In this document: positions 20,345 to 32,000 of the stretch, piece after piece
Layout: each line of letters opens with the position of its first letter
Position numbering within the stretch: position 1 is the stretch's first letter
Origin: Bacteroidales bacterium
GTDB taxonomy: Bacteria > Bacteroidota > Bacteroidia > Bacteroidales > Tenuifilaceae
Length of the DNA stretch: 64,000 nucleotides
Direction of reading: 5' to 3'
Assembly (NCBI GenBank): GCA_016931855.1
Contig: JAFGDZ010000026.1
Location: 31,472 to 95,471, forward strand
Notes under the pieces: generated by a model
What the model was told of the DNA's origin: nothing
What the model saw: the letters and a program-made list of their open reading frames with translations, nothing else
Databases searched by the model: none
Translations under genes and position numbers: made by a program

Positions 20345-21037
20345 CTATAGAGCGCCATTGTCGGCAAAGCTGTAGCAAACGGAATCGGTAACAATAACAT
20401 GATCTAACAAGCTAATATCGAAAAGCCTGCTGGCATCCTTTAGCTTACTGGTGATTTGGATGTCCTGCTCGCTTGGGCTCTTATTTCCCGACGGATGGTT
20501 GTGGCACACAATTAACGATGAGGCCAAACGCTCTATTGCTGCCTTAAGGATTAGCTTAACATCAAAAATGGTTCCCGTTACACCGCCCTGCGTTATGCGC
20601 TGCTTATCGATAATCTTATTAGCCCTGTTAAGAAAGAGCACCCAGAACTCCTCATGGGGGAGATCAGCAAGTAAGGGCTGAAAAACCTCAATCACATCGG
20701 AGCTGGAGGTAATTTGTTTTCGGTTAAGCGCTTCGGAGCGCTTTCGGCGCCTACCCAGCTCAATGGCGGCCATTATTGTAATGGCCTTAGCCTCGCCAAT
20801 GCCCTTTATGGCGGTAAAATCAGTTAGGGTAAACTTGCCCAGCTCGTTAAGGTTATTGTCGGCCGTTTTAAGGATTCGCTGCCCCAACGACACAGCTGTC
20901 TCGTTGCGTGTTCCCGACCCAATTAGTATAGCAATAAGTTCGGCATCGCTTAGGCTCCCAAGCCCCTTTTGCATCATCTTTTCCCTAGGCCTATCCTCAA
21001 GAGCCCACTGCGTAATCTTAAGGTTTTCGTAATCCAT
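20345..21037 (-). CDS. radC: RadC-like JAB-domain protein (UPF0758)
   Basis: HhH N-terminus and JAMM motif HNHPSG...S..D. Confidence 0.85.
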   Translation of the reverse strand: MDYENLKITQWALEDRPREKMMQKGLGSLSDAELIAILIGSGTRNETAVSLGQRILKTADNNLNELGKFTLTDFTAIKGIGEAKAITIMAAIELGRRRKRSEALNRKQITSSSDVIEVFQPLLADLPHEEFWVLFLNRANKIIDKQRITQGGVTGTIFDVKLILKAAIERLASSLIVCHNHPSGNKSPSEQDIQITSKLKDASRLFDISLLDHVIVTDSVCYSFADNGAL

Positions 21038-21159
21038 TCGAAGTGTTTTTTCTTCAAATTACGAAATCAGACAATATATATCCAGTAAAAACGTGGGGCA
21101 GCACACAACAAAAAAAGGGTTCGCGCAATGCGAACCCTTTAGATTGTATTTTTCAGAGA

Positions 21160-21414
21160 CTATTGCAGACCGTTAACATGCTTGGTAAGCGAGCTCTTAA
21201 GGTTAGCTGCCTTATTCTTGTGAATAACGTTTCTTTTCGCAAGTTTATCAAGCATAGCCGACACCTTAGGAAGCATTTCTGCAGCCTCAGCTTTACTAAC
21301 AGAGTCTCTTAGCACTTTAATTGCATTACGAGTAGTCTTTGCATAGTACCTATTGTGTAGCTTCTTTGTTTCAGACTGCTTGTCTCTTTTGATTGCTGAT
21401 TTGTGGTTTGCCAT
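21160..21414 (-). CDS. rpsT: 30S ribosomal protein S20 (copy 1)
   Basis: [33 protein letters not shown]... Confidence 0.9.
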   Translation of the reverse strand: MANHKSAIKRDKQSETKKLHNRYYAKTTRNAIKVLRDSVSKAEAAEMLPKVSAMLDKLAKRNVIHKNKAANLKSSLTKHVNGLQ

Positions 21415-21437
21415 TTTGATTTTTCTCTAAATGATTG

Positions 21438-21509
21438 TAGCCCGTAGGGGAATCGAACCCCTGTTACCAGGATGAAAACCTGACGTCCTAACCCCTAGAC
21501 GAACGGGCC
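21438..21509 (-). tRNA. tRNA-Glu (anticodon TTC), copy 1
   Basis: Reverse complement GGCCCGTTCGTCTAGGGGTTAGGACGTCAGGTTTTCATCCTGGTAACAGGGGTTCGATTCCCCTACGGGCTA. Confidence 0.8.
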
Positions 21510-21688
21510 TTGTTATTTTGCTACTCAACGTTTGTTTTGCTTAGCGGGTGCAAATATAGCTCTTTCTTTATTCCCTCCAAACCTTTTTGCAAACTGTAGC
21601 TAAGTTTTTTCTGTAAAGAACTTTTTTAACGGAATACACACAAAAAAAGGCCCGCATTGCAGACCTTCTCAGTTTTTATAGTTAAAAA

Positions 21689-21943
21689 CTATTGTAGTCC
21701 GTTTACATGCTTGGTAAGAGAACTCTTAAGGTTAGCTGCCTTGTTTTTGTGAATAACGTTCCTCTTCGCAAGTTTATCAAGCATTGCTGCTACCTTAGGA
21801 AGCATCTCAACAGCCTCAGCCTTATTCACAGAGTCTCTTAGTACTTTAATTGCATTACGAGTAGTCTTTGCATAGTACCTATTGTGTAGCTTCTTTGTTT
21901 CAGACTGCTTGTCTCTTTTGATTGCTGACTTGTGGTTTGCCAT
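21689..21943 (-). CDS. rpsT: 30S ribosomal protein S20 (copy 2; 3 aa differences from copy 1)
   Basis: 84-aa product, 81/84 identical to copy 1. Confidence 0.85.
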   Translation of the reverse strand: MANHKSAIKRDKQSETKKLHNRYYAKTTRNAIKVLRDSVNKAEAVEMLPKVAAMLDKLAKRNVIHKNKAANLKSSLTKHVNGLQ

Positions 21944-21966
21944 CTCAATTATCTTCTAAATGATTG

Positions 21967-22038
21967 TAGCCCGTAGGGGAATCGAACCCCTGTTACCAGG
22001 ATGAAAACCTGACGTCCTAACCCCTAGACGAACGGGCC
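21967..22038 (-). tRNA. tRNA-Glu (anticodon TTC), copy 2 (identical to copy 1)
   Basis: Identical 72-nt sequence to 21438-21509. Confidence 0.8.
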
Positions 22039-22209
22039 TTATTACTACTAAGCGCAACGTTTGTTTCGTTTAGCGGGTGCAAAGGTAGCTGATTTTTTAT
22101 TTCCTCCAATAAGCCAACATTTTTTTTCGAATTATTTTTCAAAAAATTCGCATTAAGGCCTTCACTAAAAACGCATTTAACTAATTAACAACACATTAAT
22201 AAGTAGAGG

Positions 22210-22782
22210 CTAAATACCACCATCAACCTCCATATCGGCAACATCTGTATCCTTATCGTAAACAGCCTTATAGTAGGTAGATGTCACCTCATTTATACTG
22301 GTATTACACTTCCTAAATCCAAGCTTCTTAAGCGAGGCCATAGCCGCCTTATTGCCCTCATCGGCATCAATAAGCACCCGATGAAAAAGTTTTGTATCGC
22401 CACCCCACGTTAGAACCTCAAGCATTACCTCGGTAGCATAGCCCTTTTGGCGGAATGGCTCCTCAACACTAAAAAAGATCTCCACATCGGCATCGGGGCT
22501 TGGCTTTCCGTTAAAGGAGAACTGACCAACTATTCGCTTGCTACCCCTATCAACCATAAGCCAAAGGGTTCTAAATGCGAAATAGGGGGAGGTGTCGCGC
22601 CACAAGTTGGGCTCACGCTCCATCATCTCCACCACCTCCTCGCGGTAGGCATCGGGAAAGGCCTCGCCAGAGACTATTAACTTATGATCTCTCTCATAGT
22701 CAGGCCTTGAGTTTATAAACTGCTTTAAATCCGCAAATCCTAAAGCGATAATGTCAACACGTTTGCTCCGTAGCTTAATCAT
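22210..22782 (-). CDS. GNAT family N-acetyltransferase
   Basis: Acetyl-CoA binding region RQKGYATEVM...LKKLGF. Confidence 0.7.
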   Translation of the reverse strand: MIKLRSKRVDIIALGFADLKQFINSRPDYERDHKLIVSGEAFPDAYREEVVEMMEREPNLWRDTSPYFAFRTLWLMVDRGSKRIVGQFSFNGKPSPDADVEIFFSVEEPFRQKGYATEVMLEVLTWGGDTKLFHRVLIDADEGNKAAMASLKKLGFRKCNTSINEVTSTYYKAVYDKDTDVADMEVDGGI

Positions 22783-22891
22783 ACTGTATCGGTTTTTAAC
22801 TGCAAGGAAAAAGCAAAACTTGCCCTATTTCCGTTACAAGTTAGCATATCCTATACAAATAAGCCAATGCTTTTCGGTGTTTACAACCAAA

Positions 22892-24250
22892 TTATCCTGC
22901 AATTTCCGCCGCTAGCTGCTTAATATCAACACCAGAGAAGTTCCCCGAGGTCATAATTAGTAGGTTCTTTCCCTCCCACTGCTGCTGCCTAAGGAAACTA
23001 GTTAGCTCCATAGAGTTTGTGAAAACAGCAGGTTGTGGATTACCAAAGCAATTTTGCACCTCAGCGGGACCTACAGGCGGAAGCTTTTTGTGCTCTATAG
23101 TGTGAGGATCGAAAAATACAATGGGAACATCGGCACCTTTAAGTTTGCCGCTGTATAGAGGCAAAAAATCCTTATTTAGGCTACTAAAGGTGTGCAGCTC
23201 GAGGCAGGCCACCAGCTCCCTATTTGGGAAGGCCTGCTTCATGGCCATTACCGTAGCCGCCACTTTGGATGGGCTATGAGCAAAATCGAAGTAAACTCGT
23301 GTTTTACCATTGTCGGCAAGAAGTTGCAACCTACGCGCTGCTCCTTCAAAAGTGGCTATGGCGCTGTAAAAACTGGGGGCAGATATGCCTAAGCGCAAGC
23401 ACACCTCCATTGCTCCGCTTATATTCATTAAGTTATGCTCGCCAAAAACCTTAATGGGCAGCTCACCCTCTGGGGTTACTAATGAGACACCCGAGTGGCT
23501 GTACAATGCGTCATGCGCCTTGTACCCAACCTTTGCAACAGGGCTTTTATGCTCTGCCACAAGTTTATCAAGCTCTGGATCGGACTCACAGAAAACCAAT
23601 GTTCCATTGGATTCAAAGGTGTTAATAAACGTGCTAAACTGCTCAAGGTATATTGGGTAGGTTGGAAATGCGTTTATGTGATCCCATGCAATGCCCGAAA
23701 TTAGCCCAATATGCGGACGATAGAGGTGGAATTTAGGACGACGATCGATGGGCGATGTCAGATACTCATCGCCCTCAAAAACGGCAATACGAGTATCGGA
23801 AGATAAGCTCACCATATTCTCGAATCCTTCCAGCTGCGCTCCAACCATGTAATCGAAGTCGATACCATTGTGCTTAAGCACGTGCATAACCATTGAGGTT
23901 ATGGTTGTTTTTCCGTGGCTACCACCAATTACCACACGAGTTTTATCCTTTGTTTGCTCGTAGAGGTACTCTGGGTAGGAGTAGATTTTTACTCCCAGTT
24001 CCTTTGCCCTAATCAGCTCAGGATTATCGAGCCTTGCGTGCATTCCCAGCACAACTGCATCTAAGTTGGAAGTAATCCTATCGGGATTCCAACCAATAGT
24101 ATCTGGCAAAAGCCCATGCTGTGCTAAACGGCTTAGCGAGGGTTCAAATATCTCATCGTCGGAACCAGTAATCTGATACCCCTTACCCTTAAGCGCAATG
24201 GCAAGGTTATGCATGGCGCTACCGCCTATGGCTATAAAATGGATTCGCAT
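22892..24250 (-). CDS. mpl: UDP-N-acetylmuramate:L-alanyl-gamma-D-glutamyl-meso-diaminopimelate ligase (Mur ligase family)
   Basis: MRIHFIAIGGSAMHNLA..., GSHGKTTITSM P-loop and Mur ligase middle/C domains. Confidence 0.85.
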   Translation of the reverse strand: MRIHFIAIGGSAMHNLAIALKGKGYQITGSDDEIFEPSLSRLAQHGLLPDTIGWNPDRITSNLDAVVLGMHARLDNPELIRAKELGVKIYSYPEYLYEQTKDKTRVVIGGSHGKTTITSMVMHVLKHNGIDFDYMVGAQLEGFENMVSLSSDTRIAVFEGDEYLTSPIDRRPKFHLYRPHIGLISGIAWDHINAFPTYPIYLEQFSTFINTFESNGTLVFCESDPELDKLVAEHKSPVAKVGYKAHDALYSHSGVSLVTPEGELPIKVFGEHNLMNISGAMEVCLRLGISAPSFYSAIATFEGAARRLQLLADNGKTRVYFDFAHSPSKVAATVMAMKQAFPNRELVACLELHTFSSLNKDFLPLYSGKLKGADVPIVFFDPHTIEHKKLPPVGPAEVQNCFGNPQPAVFTNSMELTSFLRQQQWEGKNLLIMTSGNFSGVDIKQLAAEIAG

Positions 24251-24473
24251 TGTTTACAAGGATTAACATTACTGTTGGCTAAACGCAAAGGTATATTGAA
24301 GTTTTGGGAAGGCATTGCCAAACTTTATAAAAAACATTTTATTGCTGATTTGACAAAGAAAAAGGCTGTGTTAACGCTATTTCACACATCAACATAAACA
24401 AGTAGGGCTTTTTTAGGATATATTCACATCTGATTACTAAATTGCAATAAGCATAAACTAACCTAAGAACCCG

Positions 24474-25070
24474 ATGACAATACTAAACTTCACCGCGTGG
24501 TGGGAAGGTCTTTCAACCTTTGCTACCATTTACTGGATAATTGCAATCCCTGCATCGCTGATATTCATTATACAAATTGTGATGACCTTTATTGGTGCCG
24601 ACGTTGACTCCGATGGCATGGACGCCCTAGGCGACGCCGACCTAAGTATTGAGGCCGATGCTGGCATAGGATTCCAGCTAATTAGCTTCAAGAATTTTAT
24701 AGGATTCTTTACCATCTTTGGATGGGTAGGGCTAGCATGCATAGATGCAGAATTGCCCACCTATGCAACCATCATTATCTCCACAATAAGCGGTTTTTTG
24801 ATGATGGTGCTGATGTCTTCCATCTACTACTTTATGGGAAAACTTACCGAATCGGGAAACCTAAAACTACAAAACGCCATTGGCAAAACAGGCACGGTTT
24901 ACCTAAGAATTCCCGCCAAGCGCAATGGCATGGGCAAGGTTCAGGTGCAGTTCCAAGGTTACCAAACCCTTGATGCAATGACCGACGACCAAGAGGATAT
25001 TCCAACAGGAGCGATTGTTGAGGTTACTGGAGTTTACAATGACGACATACTCCTAGTAAAGAAATCGTAG
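24474..25070 (+). CDS. NfeD/YqiJ-like membrane protein (flotillin partner)
   Basis: Multiple TM helices then a C-terminal OB-fold (GKTGTVYLRIPAKRNGMGKVQVQFQG...GAIVEVTGV). Confidence 0.6.
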   Translation: MTILNFTAWWEGLSTFATIYWIIAIPASLIFIIQIVMTFIGADVDSDGMDALGDADLSIEADAGIGFQLISFKNFIGFFTIFGWVGLACIDAELPTYATIIISTISGFLMMVLMSSIYYFMGKLTESGNLKLQNAIGKTGTVYLRIPAKRNGMGKVQVQFQGYQTLDAMTDDQEDIPTGAIVEVTGVYNDDILLVKKS

Positions 25071-25127
25071 CAAATAGATTTTGGGAAAAACAGTGAGAGC
25101 CTTGATAATTCAAGGCTCTCGCTGTTT

Positions 25128-26066
25128 TCAGAACAACCACCTATCTCGGCTATTCCAAAGTCCTTCTATTCTATATGTAACCATAAGCTCATGCGTCCCG
25201 CTGTTTACTCTCGACAGCTTATTCAGGGTAAAGTCGAAGGCATAACCCACAGTTAGGTTCTTGTAAACCAATGCATGGAAGAAGATTCCTGCGGCATCGC
25301 CAACCCGATAGTGAGCACCCATAAAAAATCGCTCCATATAAATGGCTTTCCCTGCAATATCGGCTGACAGAGGGGAGCCACCCATAACACCCATTAGCAT
25401 TGACGGTTGAACAGCCCAGTCGGCATCAAGCCTAAACATGTAGCCCCCCATAAGGTAAACCTGGGGATTGTATGGCTCACTGCTCTCGCGATACTCCTTA
25501 TTCAAGCGGGGTTCTATTAGCCTTGGGATTGAAAATCCCGCGTAGTAAATGGGCGTGTACAGGTAAAAACCAACCCCCATATTGGGGCTAATCCTATTCT
25601 CGTTTCTCTGAAAATTGGGGTCAGATGGGTCGTTAACCTTTAGGTTACCAGTCTCAGCATTATAGCTGCTAATACCCGCCTTTAGGCCCATTGAGAGCCT
25701 AATCCCATCAAGAACGGTAATTTGATACGCATAAGATCCTGTAATGTGAGTATTGCGTAAAGGACCAGCCTTATCGGTCATCACATTAAAGCCTAACCCC
25801 ATGTTCTGCCTAATGTAGGGTGTATGCGCACCAAAGCTGTACGATGCTGGCGCTCCATCTACCCCAACCCACTGGTGGCGGGTAAGCAAGCTTAGGTTTA
25901 ACCCATCTACAGTTCCTGCTATTGCGGGGTTAAACGCAATGGGGTTCTGTAAATAGTAGGTAAACATAGGATCCTGCTGCGCATTTGCTTGAACTGAAAC
26001 AATCAGCCCAAACAGTGCAACACACAATTTAAAGCCTTTAGTTATAATTATCCTTTTCATGACCAA
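25128..26066 (-). CDS. sprF: T9SS membrane protein PorP/SprF family
   Basis: 312 aa with signal peptide and beta-barrel-like composition. Conserved PorP/SprF N-terminus (QQDPMFTYYLQNPIAFNPAIAG). Lies immediately downstream of the SprB-like gene, as in sprB-sprF operons. Confidence 0.8.
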   Translation of the reverse strand: MVMKRIIITKGFKLCVALFGLIVSVQANAQQDPMFTYYLQNPIAFNPAIAGTVDGLNLSLLTRHQWVGVDGAPASYSFGAHTPYIRQNMGLGFNVMTDKAGPLRNTHITGSYAYQITVLDGIRLSMGLKAGISSYNAETGNLKVNDPSDPNFQRNENRISPNMGVGFYLYTPIYYAGFSIPRLIEPRLNKEYRESSEPYNPQVYLMGGYMFRLDADWAVQPSMLMGVMGGSPLSADIAGKAIYMERFFMGAHYRVGDAAGIFFHALVYKNLTVGYAFDFTLNKLSRVNSGTHELMVTYRIEGLWNSRDRWLF

Positions 26067-26073
26067 TCTCCGA

Positions 26074-29000
26074 CTAACGTTTTAAGAACACATTACCAGT
26101 ATATGACTTGGACTTTTCGCCCTTAACCTCTATGATATAGTAATAGGTACCCGTTGGAAGCGTTTTCCCCACAGATAGAGCTATATTTGAACGACCATCC
26201 CAATCGTTGGTATAATCGTCGCTTGAGTAAACAATGTTACCCCAACGATTGTAGATTTTAACCGAAGCCCTTCCGAAGAACTTAAGCCCCTTAATTTCGA
26301 AGTAATCGTTTATGCCATCGCCATCGGGAGAGAACCCTTCGGGGATAAAGAGCGCATCGGGAACCGGCTCCTCAACAGTAATTCGGACCACAGCCTGAGC
26401 ACAATTAGACTCGCCCATGCAAATGGAGTAGGTTAGAGAATCGGAACCAACAAAGTCGATATAAGGCGTGTAGGTTAATACTCCATCGCTACTCATTGTG
26501 GCATAGCCATTTTTTACATCGTTATGGATATAAATTGTACATGATGATTTTTCGATGCCAGTATCATTCATTAGTACATTGACATCAACAGTGGTATTCA
26601 TCATCATGTTAACGGCATCGTCCACAGCCACAATAGTTGGTAGGTTCTCAACAACGTTAACAATTACCCTTGCAATGGAATAGTCGCCATCAAAATCGGT
26701 TATGCGATAGAAGAACACCACACTACCCATATATCCAGACACTGGAGTAAATAGGATGGTGTTATCGTCATTTACTACAATGGCACCTTCGGTATTACTT
26801 GGTGCTGTTTCTACAGTAAGGAATACGGGAGCATCGTTTAATCCTGTATCGTTGGTTAAAGCAACAATATTGATAGGAGTATCAACAAATGTTTCTACCT
26901 CATCATCATTGGCGTCAGGTAGATAGTTAACATCCTTTTTAACGTTAACCACAACAGAAGCCTCATCGGAGTCACCATTAGCATCAACTACCATATAGTT
27001 AAATGTAGCAGCACCAACATAGTCGCCGGATGGAGTAAATACAATCGTATTATCCTCATTTACCGAAACAGTACCCTGTGCCACATGTGGAGCCTGAGAT
27101 ATGCTAACCAATACGGGTTGATCTTCCAAACCATAATCATTCTCCAGCACGGCAATAGTAACTGCAGCACTCTTACTGGTTCCTCGCCTATCATTATTAG
27201 CAACGGGTAGGTGGTTCACCTCGCCCTCAGCCAGCACGGTGATGGTTACCGTGGCGGTGGCGTAGTCGCCCTGCGCATCGGTTACGGTGTAGCCAAAGGT
27301 GGTTACACCAGAGAAGCCAGCAGCTGGGGTGAAGGTTACCGTGTTATCGGCGTTAACCGCTACTGTTCCGCTGGTTGCGTTTGTTGATATGGTTACTACA
27401 ACAGGAACATCCTCTAGGCCTGAATCGTTGGCCAGTACGTCAACCGTTACAGCGGTTTGGTACTCCGTGCCACGGCTATCGGCGTTGGCAACGGGGAGAT
27501 GGTTAACCTCGCCCTCGGCCAGCACGGTGATGGTTACCGTGGCGGTGGCGTGGTCGCCCTGTGCATCGGTTACGGTGTAGCCAAAGGTGGATACGCCTGA
27601 AAAGCCTGCGTCTGGGGTAAAGGTTACCGTGTTATCGGCGTTAACCGCTGCTGTTCCGCTGGTTGGGTTTGTTGATATGGTTACTACCACAGGTGCATCC
27701 TCTAAACCAGCATCATTGGCTAGTACATCAACGGTTACGGCGGCTTGGTACTCCGTGCCACGGCTATCGGCATTGGCAATTGGTAAATGGTTCACCTCGC
27801 CCTCGGCCAGCACGGTGATGGTTACCGTGGCGGTGGCATGGTCGCCCTGCGCATCGGTTACGGTGTAGCCGAAGGTGGCTACGCCCGAGAAGCCAGCTGC
27901 TGGGGTAAAGACTACTGTGTTATCGGCGTTAACCGCTGCTGTTCCGTTGGTTGCGTTTGTGGATATGATTACTACCACAGGTGCATCCTCCAAACCAGTA
28001 TCATTCGCCAAAACATCAACGGTGACTGGTGTTTGGTACTCCGTACCACGGCTGTCGGCGTTGGCAACGGGTAGGTGGTTCACCTCGCCCTCGGCCAGTA
28101 CAGTGATGGTTACCGTGGCGGTGGCATGGTCGCCCTGCGCATCGGTTACGGTGTAGCCAAAGGTGGATACGCCCGAGAAGCCAGCGGCTGGGGTAAAGGT
28201 TACCGTGTTATCGGCGTTAACCGCAGCTGTTCCGCTGGTTGGATTTGTGGATATGGTTACTACCACAGGAGAATCCTCTAAACCAGTATCATTCGCTAAA
28301 ACATCAACGGTTACACCAGTTTGGTAATCCGTCCCGCGGCTATCTGCGTTGGCAATAGGTAGGTGGTTCACCTCGCCCTCGGCCAGCACGGTGATGGTTA
28401 CCGTGGCGGTGGCGTGGTCGCCCTGCGCATCGGTTACGGTGTAGCCAAAGGTGGCTACACCAGAAAAGCCTGCGGCTGAGGTGAAGGTTACCGTGTTATC
28501 GGCATTAACCGCGGTTGTTCCATTAGCTGATGCGGTGGATATGGTTACTACCACAGGAGCGTCTTCCAAACCAGTATCATTAGCTAAAACATCAACGGTT
28601 ACTGCGGTTTGGTACTCCGTGCCACGGCTATCTGCGTTGGCAACAGGTAGGTGGTTCACCTCGCCCTCAGCCAGCACGGTGATGGTTACCGTGGCGGTGG
28701 CATGGTCGCCCTGCGCATCGGTTACGGTGTAGCCAAAGGTGGCCACGCCCGAGAAGCCTGCGGCTGGGGTGAAGGTTACCGTGTTATCGGCGTTAACCGC
28801 AGCAGTTCCGCTGGTTGGGTTTGTTAATATGGTTACTACCACAGGAGCGTCCTCTAAACCAGTATCATTCGCCAAAACGTCAACGGTCACTGGAGTTTGG
28901 TACTCGGTACCGCGGCTATCGGCGTTGGCTACAGGTAAATGGTTCACCTCGCCCTCGGCCAGCACGGTGATGGTTACCGTGGCTTCTGACACATCTCCAT

Positions 29001-32000
29001 TAAAATCTCTAATTCTATACTTAAAGGTAGCAATACCACTAAAATCCTGCGCTGGACTAAACTGCACCAGATTTCCAGCAATAACAATGGCATTACCAAC
29101 TGTAGAGGATGCGTTCTCGCTAATAAACACGGAGATTGGAACATCGTTTAGGCTTGCATCATTCTCCAAAACATCAACCGTTACAGGAGTTTCAAACTCT
29201 GTACCTGCAAAATCATCAACAGCAATTGGAAGTGAGTTCCCGCCATCGCTAACAATAACCGAAACGGTTGCTAGATCAAAATCGCCATCAACATCAGAGA
29301 GCTTATACACAAAGGTCATTGTGCCCACATAGAAGTTTGATGGGGTAAAAGTTATGGTATTATCGTCATTTACAGTAGCCTCACCAAACAGCGGAGGATC
29401 AACAATTGCTATTGCACCAAAACCATCGTCGAGGTTGCTGTCATTGTCTAGCACATCTAACACAGCAGGGATATTTACCTGGGTGCTAAACTCATCATCG
29501 TTGGCAACAGGCACTGTGTTAATACCATCCTTAACGCGAACGGTAACGGTGGCAAAGTCGGAATCGCCATTGGCATCAGTAACCTGATACTGGAATCCAG
29601 ATAACCCAACAAACTCAGCAACAGGAGTAAAGGTTATGGTACTATTGGCATTCACCACAACGGCACCCTGCTCTGCGGCTGGATTCTGCTTTACGGTTAG
29701 GGTTATTGGCGTATCATCGGCACCAGTAACATTGGCCATAATATCAATGGTTACTGGGATGTTTTTGCTTGTAGCAACAGAGAAATCGTTAGCATTTGGC
29801 AGCGCATTTGGCTTATCAACAACGCTAACGGTTACAGTGGCCACATCGTTATCGCCCTGAGCATCGGCAAGCAGATAGGTAAACGTATCGGTTCCCTTAA
29901 ACCAAGGGGATGGAACGTACCTTACGGTTCGGTTTGCATTTACCGTTGCTGTTCCGTACCGCGGACTAGCAAGTACCGTGATGCTTCCAAAGCCATCCTC
30001 AAGACCAGTATCGTTAACCAATACATTAATATCCTTGGCAGTGTTTACGGATGTTTGCTCATTATCATCAACAGCAACAGGGATGTGATTCACAACACCC
30101 TCTGGCAGAACCTCAACAGAAACGGTAGCTGCGCTAAAGTCGCCATTCTTATCGGTTACGGTGTACTGGAAGGTTGCCATGCCAACGTAACCCGATGCGG
30201 GCGTATAGGTAATGCTGTTATCGGCATTTACCGCAGCCGTTCCCGATGTTGGTGCAGCGCTTACCGATACAACCAAAGGGACATCATCAATTCCTGTGTC
30301 GTTTTGCAGAACATCAATAACAATAGGAGTTTGATACTCGGTTGCGCGACTATCATTAACCGCTACAGGAACGCTATTTGGCCTATCAATCACGTTTACG
30401 GTGATGGTGGCAGCATCCCATACGCTGTACTTAGCATCAAGAACTCGATATTGGAAAGTTAGAGTGCCCTTGTACAACGGCGATGGGGTATAAAGAATGG
30501 TATTCTGAGCCGTAACAGCAGCCGTACCAACTACAGGGGCAGTGTGAACGTACAATCCGCCAAACTGGGTAAGGTTGGTTACATGCTCAAGCGCCTTAAT
30601 ATCTACAGGAACGCCCACATAAGTATTCACCTCAAAATCCGAAGCAACAGGGTAAACAATGGTCTCCCCCTCCTCTAGTACGGTAATGCTAACCGTTGCC
30701 GAGGCGCTCTTACCAGCCGCATCGGTTACTGTATAGCCAAAGGTTACGGCACCGCTAAAACCTGTAGCAGGTGTAAAGTGGATTGTGTTATTGGCATTTA
30801 CCGTTGCGGTACAACCTGCAACACTAGGAGCCGAGGCTATGGTAACCACAACTGGGGTGTTGGACAGATTGGTGTCGTTGAATAGCACATCGATATCCGT
30901 TGGGGTCTCGTACAGAACAGATGTAACATCATCAATAGCAACTGGAGTTATATCTAAGTTCTCAACAATATTAACGGTTATAACCCCTGCATCCCAAACG
31001 TTATAGTGAGCATCAAGTACTCTATACTCAAAGGTTTGAGTTCCCTTGTAGAAGTTCGATGGGGTGTAAGTTATAGTATTATCGGCGTTAACCACCGCTG
31101 TACCTAGCGCCGGTTGCGTGTGAATAAACAACCCTCCAAACAGGGTTAGGCTGGTTACATGCTCAAGTGCAGGGATAACAACTGGTGTGTTAACCCGTGT
31201 TGTAACGGTAAAATCGGCAGCTACAGGATAAACAACAGTTTCGCCACTGGCCAGAACAGTTACAGCAACACTAGCCGATGCGCTCTTACCCGCAGCATCA
31301 ACCAATGTGTAACCAAAGTTTACTGCGCCGCTAAATGCAGCAGCAGGCGTAAACCTTATGGTATTATCGGCATTAACGGTAGCGGTGCAACCGGCAACAT
31401 CGGGCTGGGTTGATACGCTCACGGTAATAGGGGTATTATCTAGTCCAGTATCGTTATACAGAACGTTGATATCCTTAGGCGTTTCAAACACCACCGTTGC
31501 ATTATCGTTAACAGCAACAGGAGTAACATCAAGGAACTCAACAATTGATACGCTTACTGTACCCGTATCAAACTGACCATCGGTATCCTCAACTACATAT
31601 ATAAAGGTATCGTTACCCTTTATTCCGTTAGATGGTGTATAGATAACGGTATTGCTTGCGGTTACCACTGCTGCACCAAGAGAAGGTGAGGTCTTAATCC
31701 AGATTCGCTTAAAGCCATCCTCAAGACCTGTAACATAATCAAGTACGGCAATTTCCTTTGAAGTATTTATCCTTGTTGATACCGATATATCTCCAGCAAC
31801 AGGCTGATGGTCGGTTCCAGTAGGCTTAACCACTACGGTTATGGTTGCCACGTTGGAGTTATCGTCGTTATTATCGGTTACCTGATATCCAAACACCTCC
31901 GTTCCTATCCAATCGGCCTTAGGAGTGTAGCGCACAAGCGGCTGATTTGTTACTGGGTCCAGTGTTACTGTGGCAACACCGTTGGCTGGGTCTGTTGAGA

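Larger units (their letters stand above)
21106..22200. repeat. tandem segmental duplication (about 530 bp unit x2) containing rpsT and tRNA-Glu
   Basis: Period 529 bp (21160 to 21689). The copies are about 92% identical in the rpsT part, and the tRNA copies are identical. Confidence 0.8.

Noticed and set aside
27190-28990. Regular 288-bp repeats as a possible CRISPR array
   Set aside because: The repeat unit is far too long, it is in frame within a coding gene, it has no spacer/repeat alternation, and there are no cas genes.
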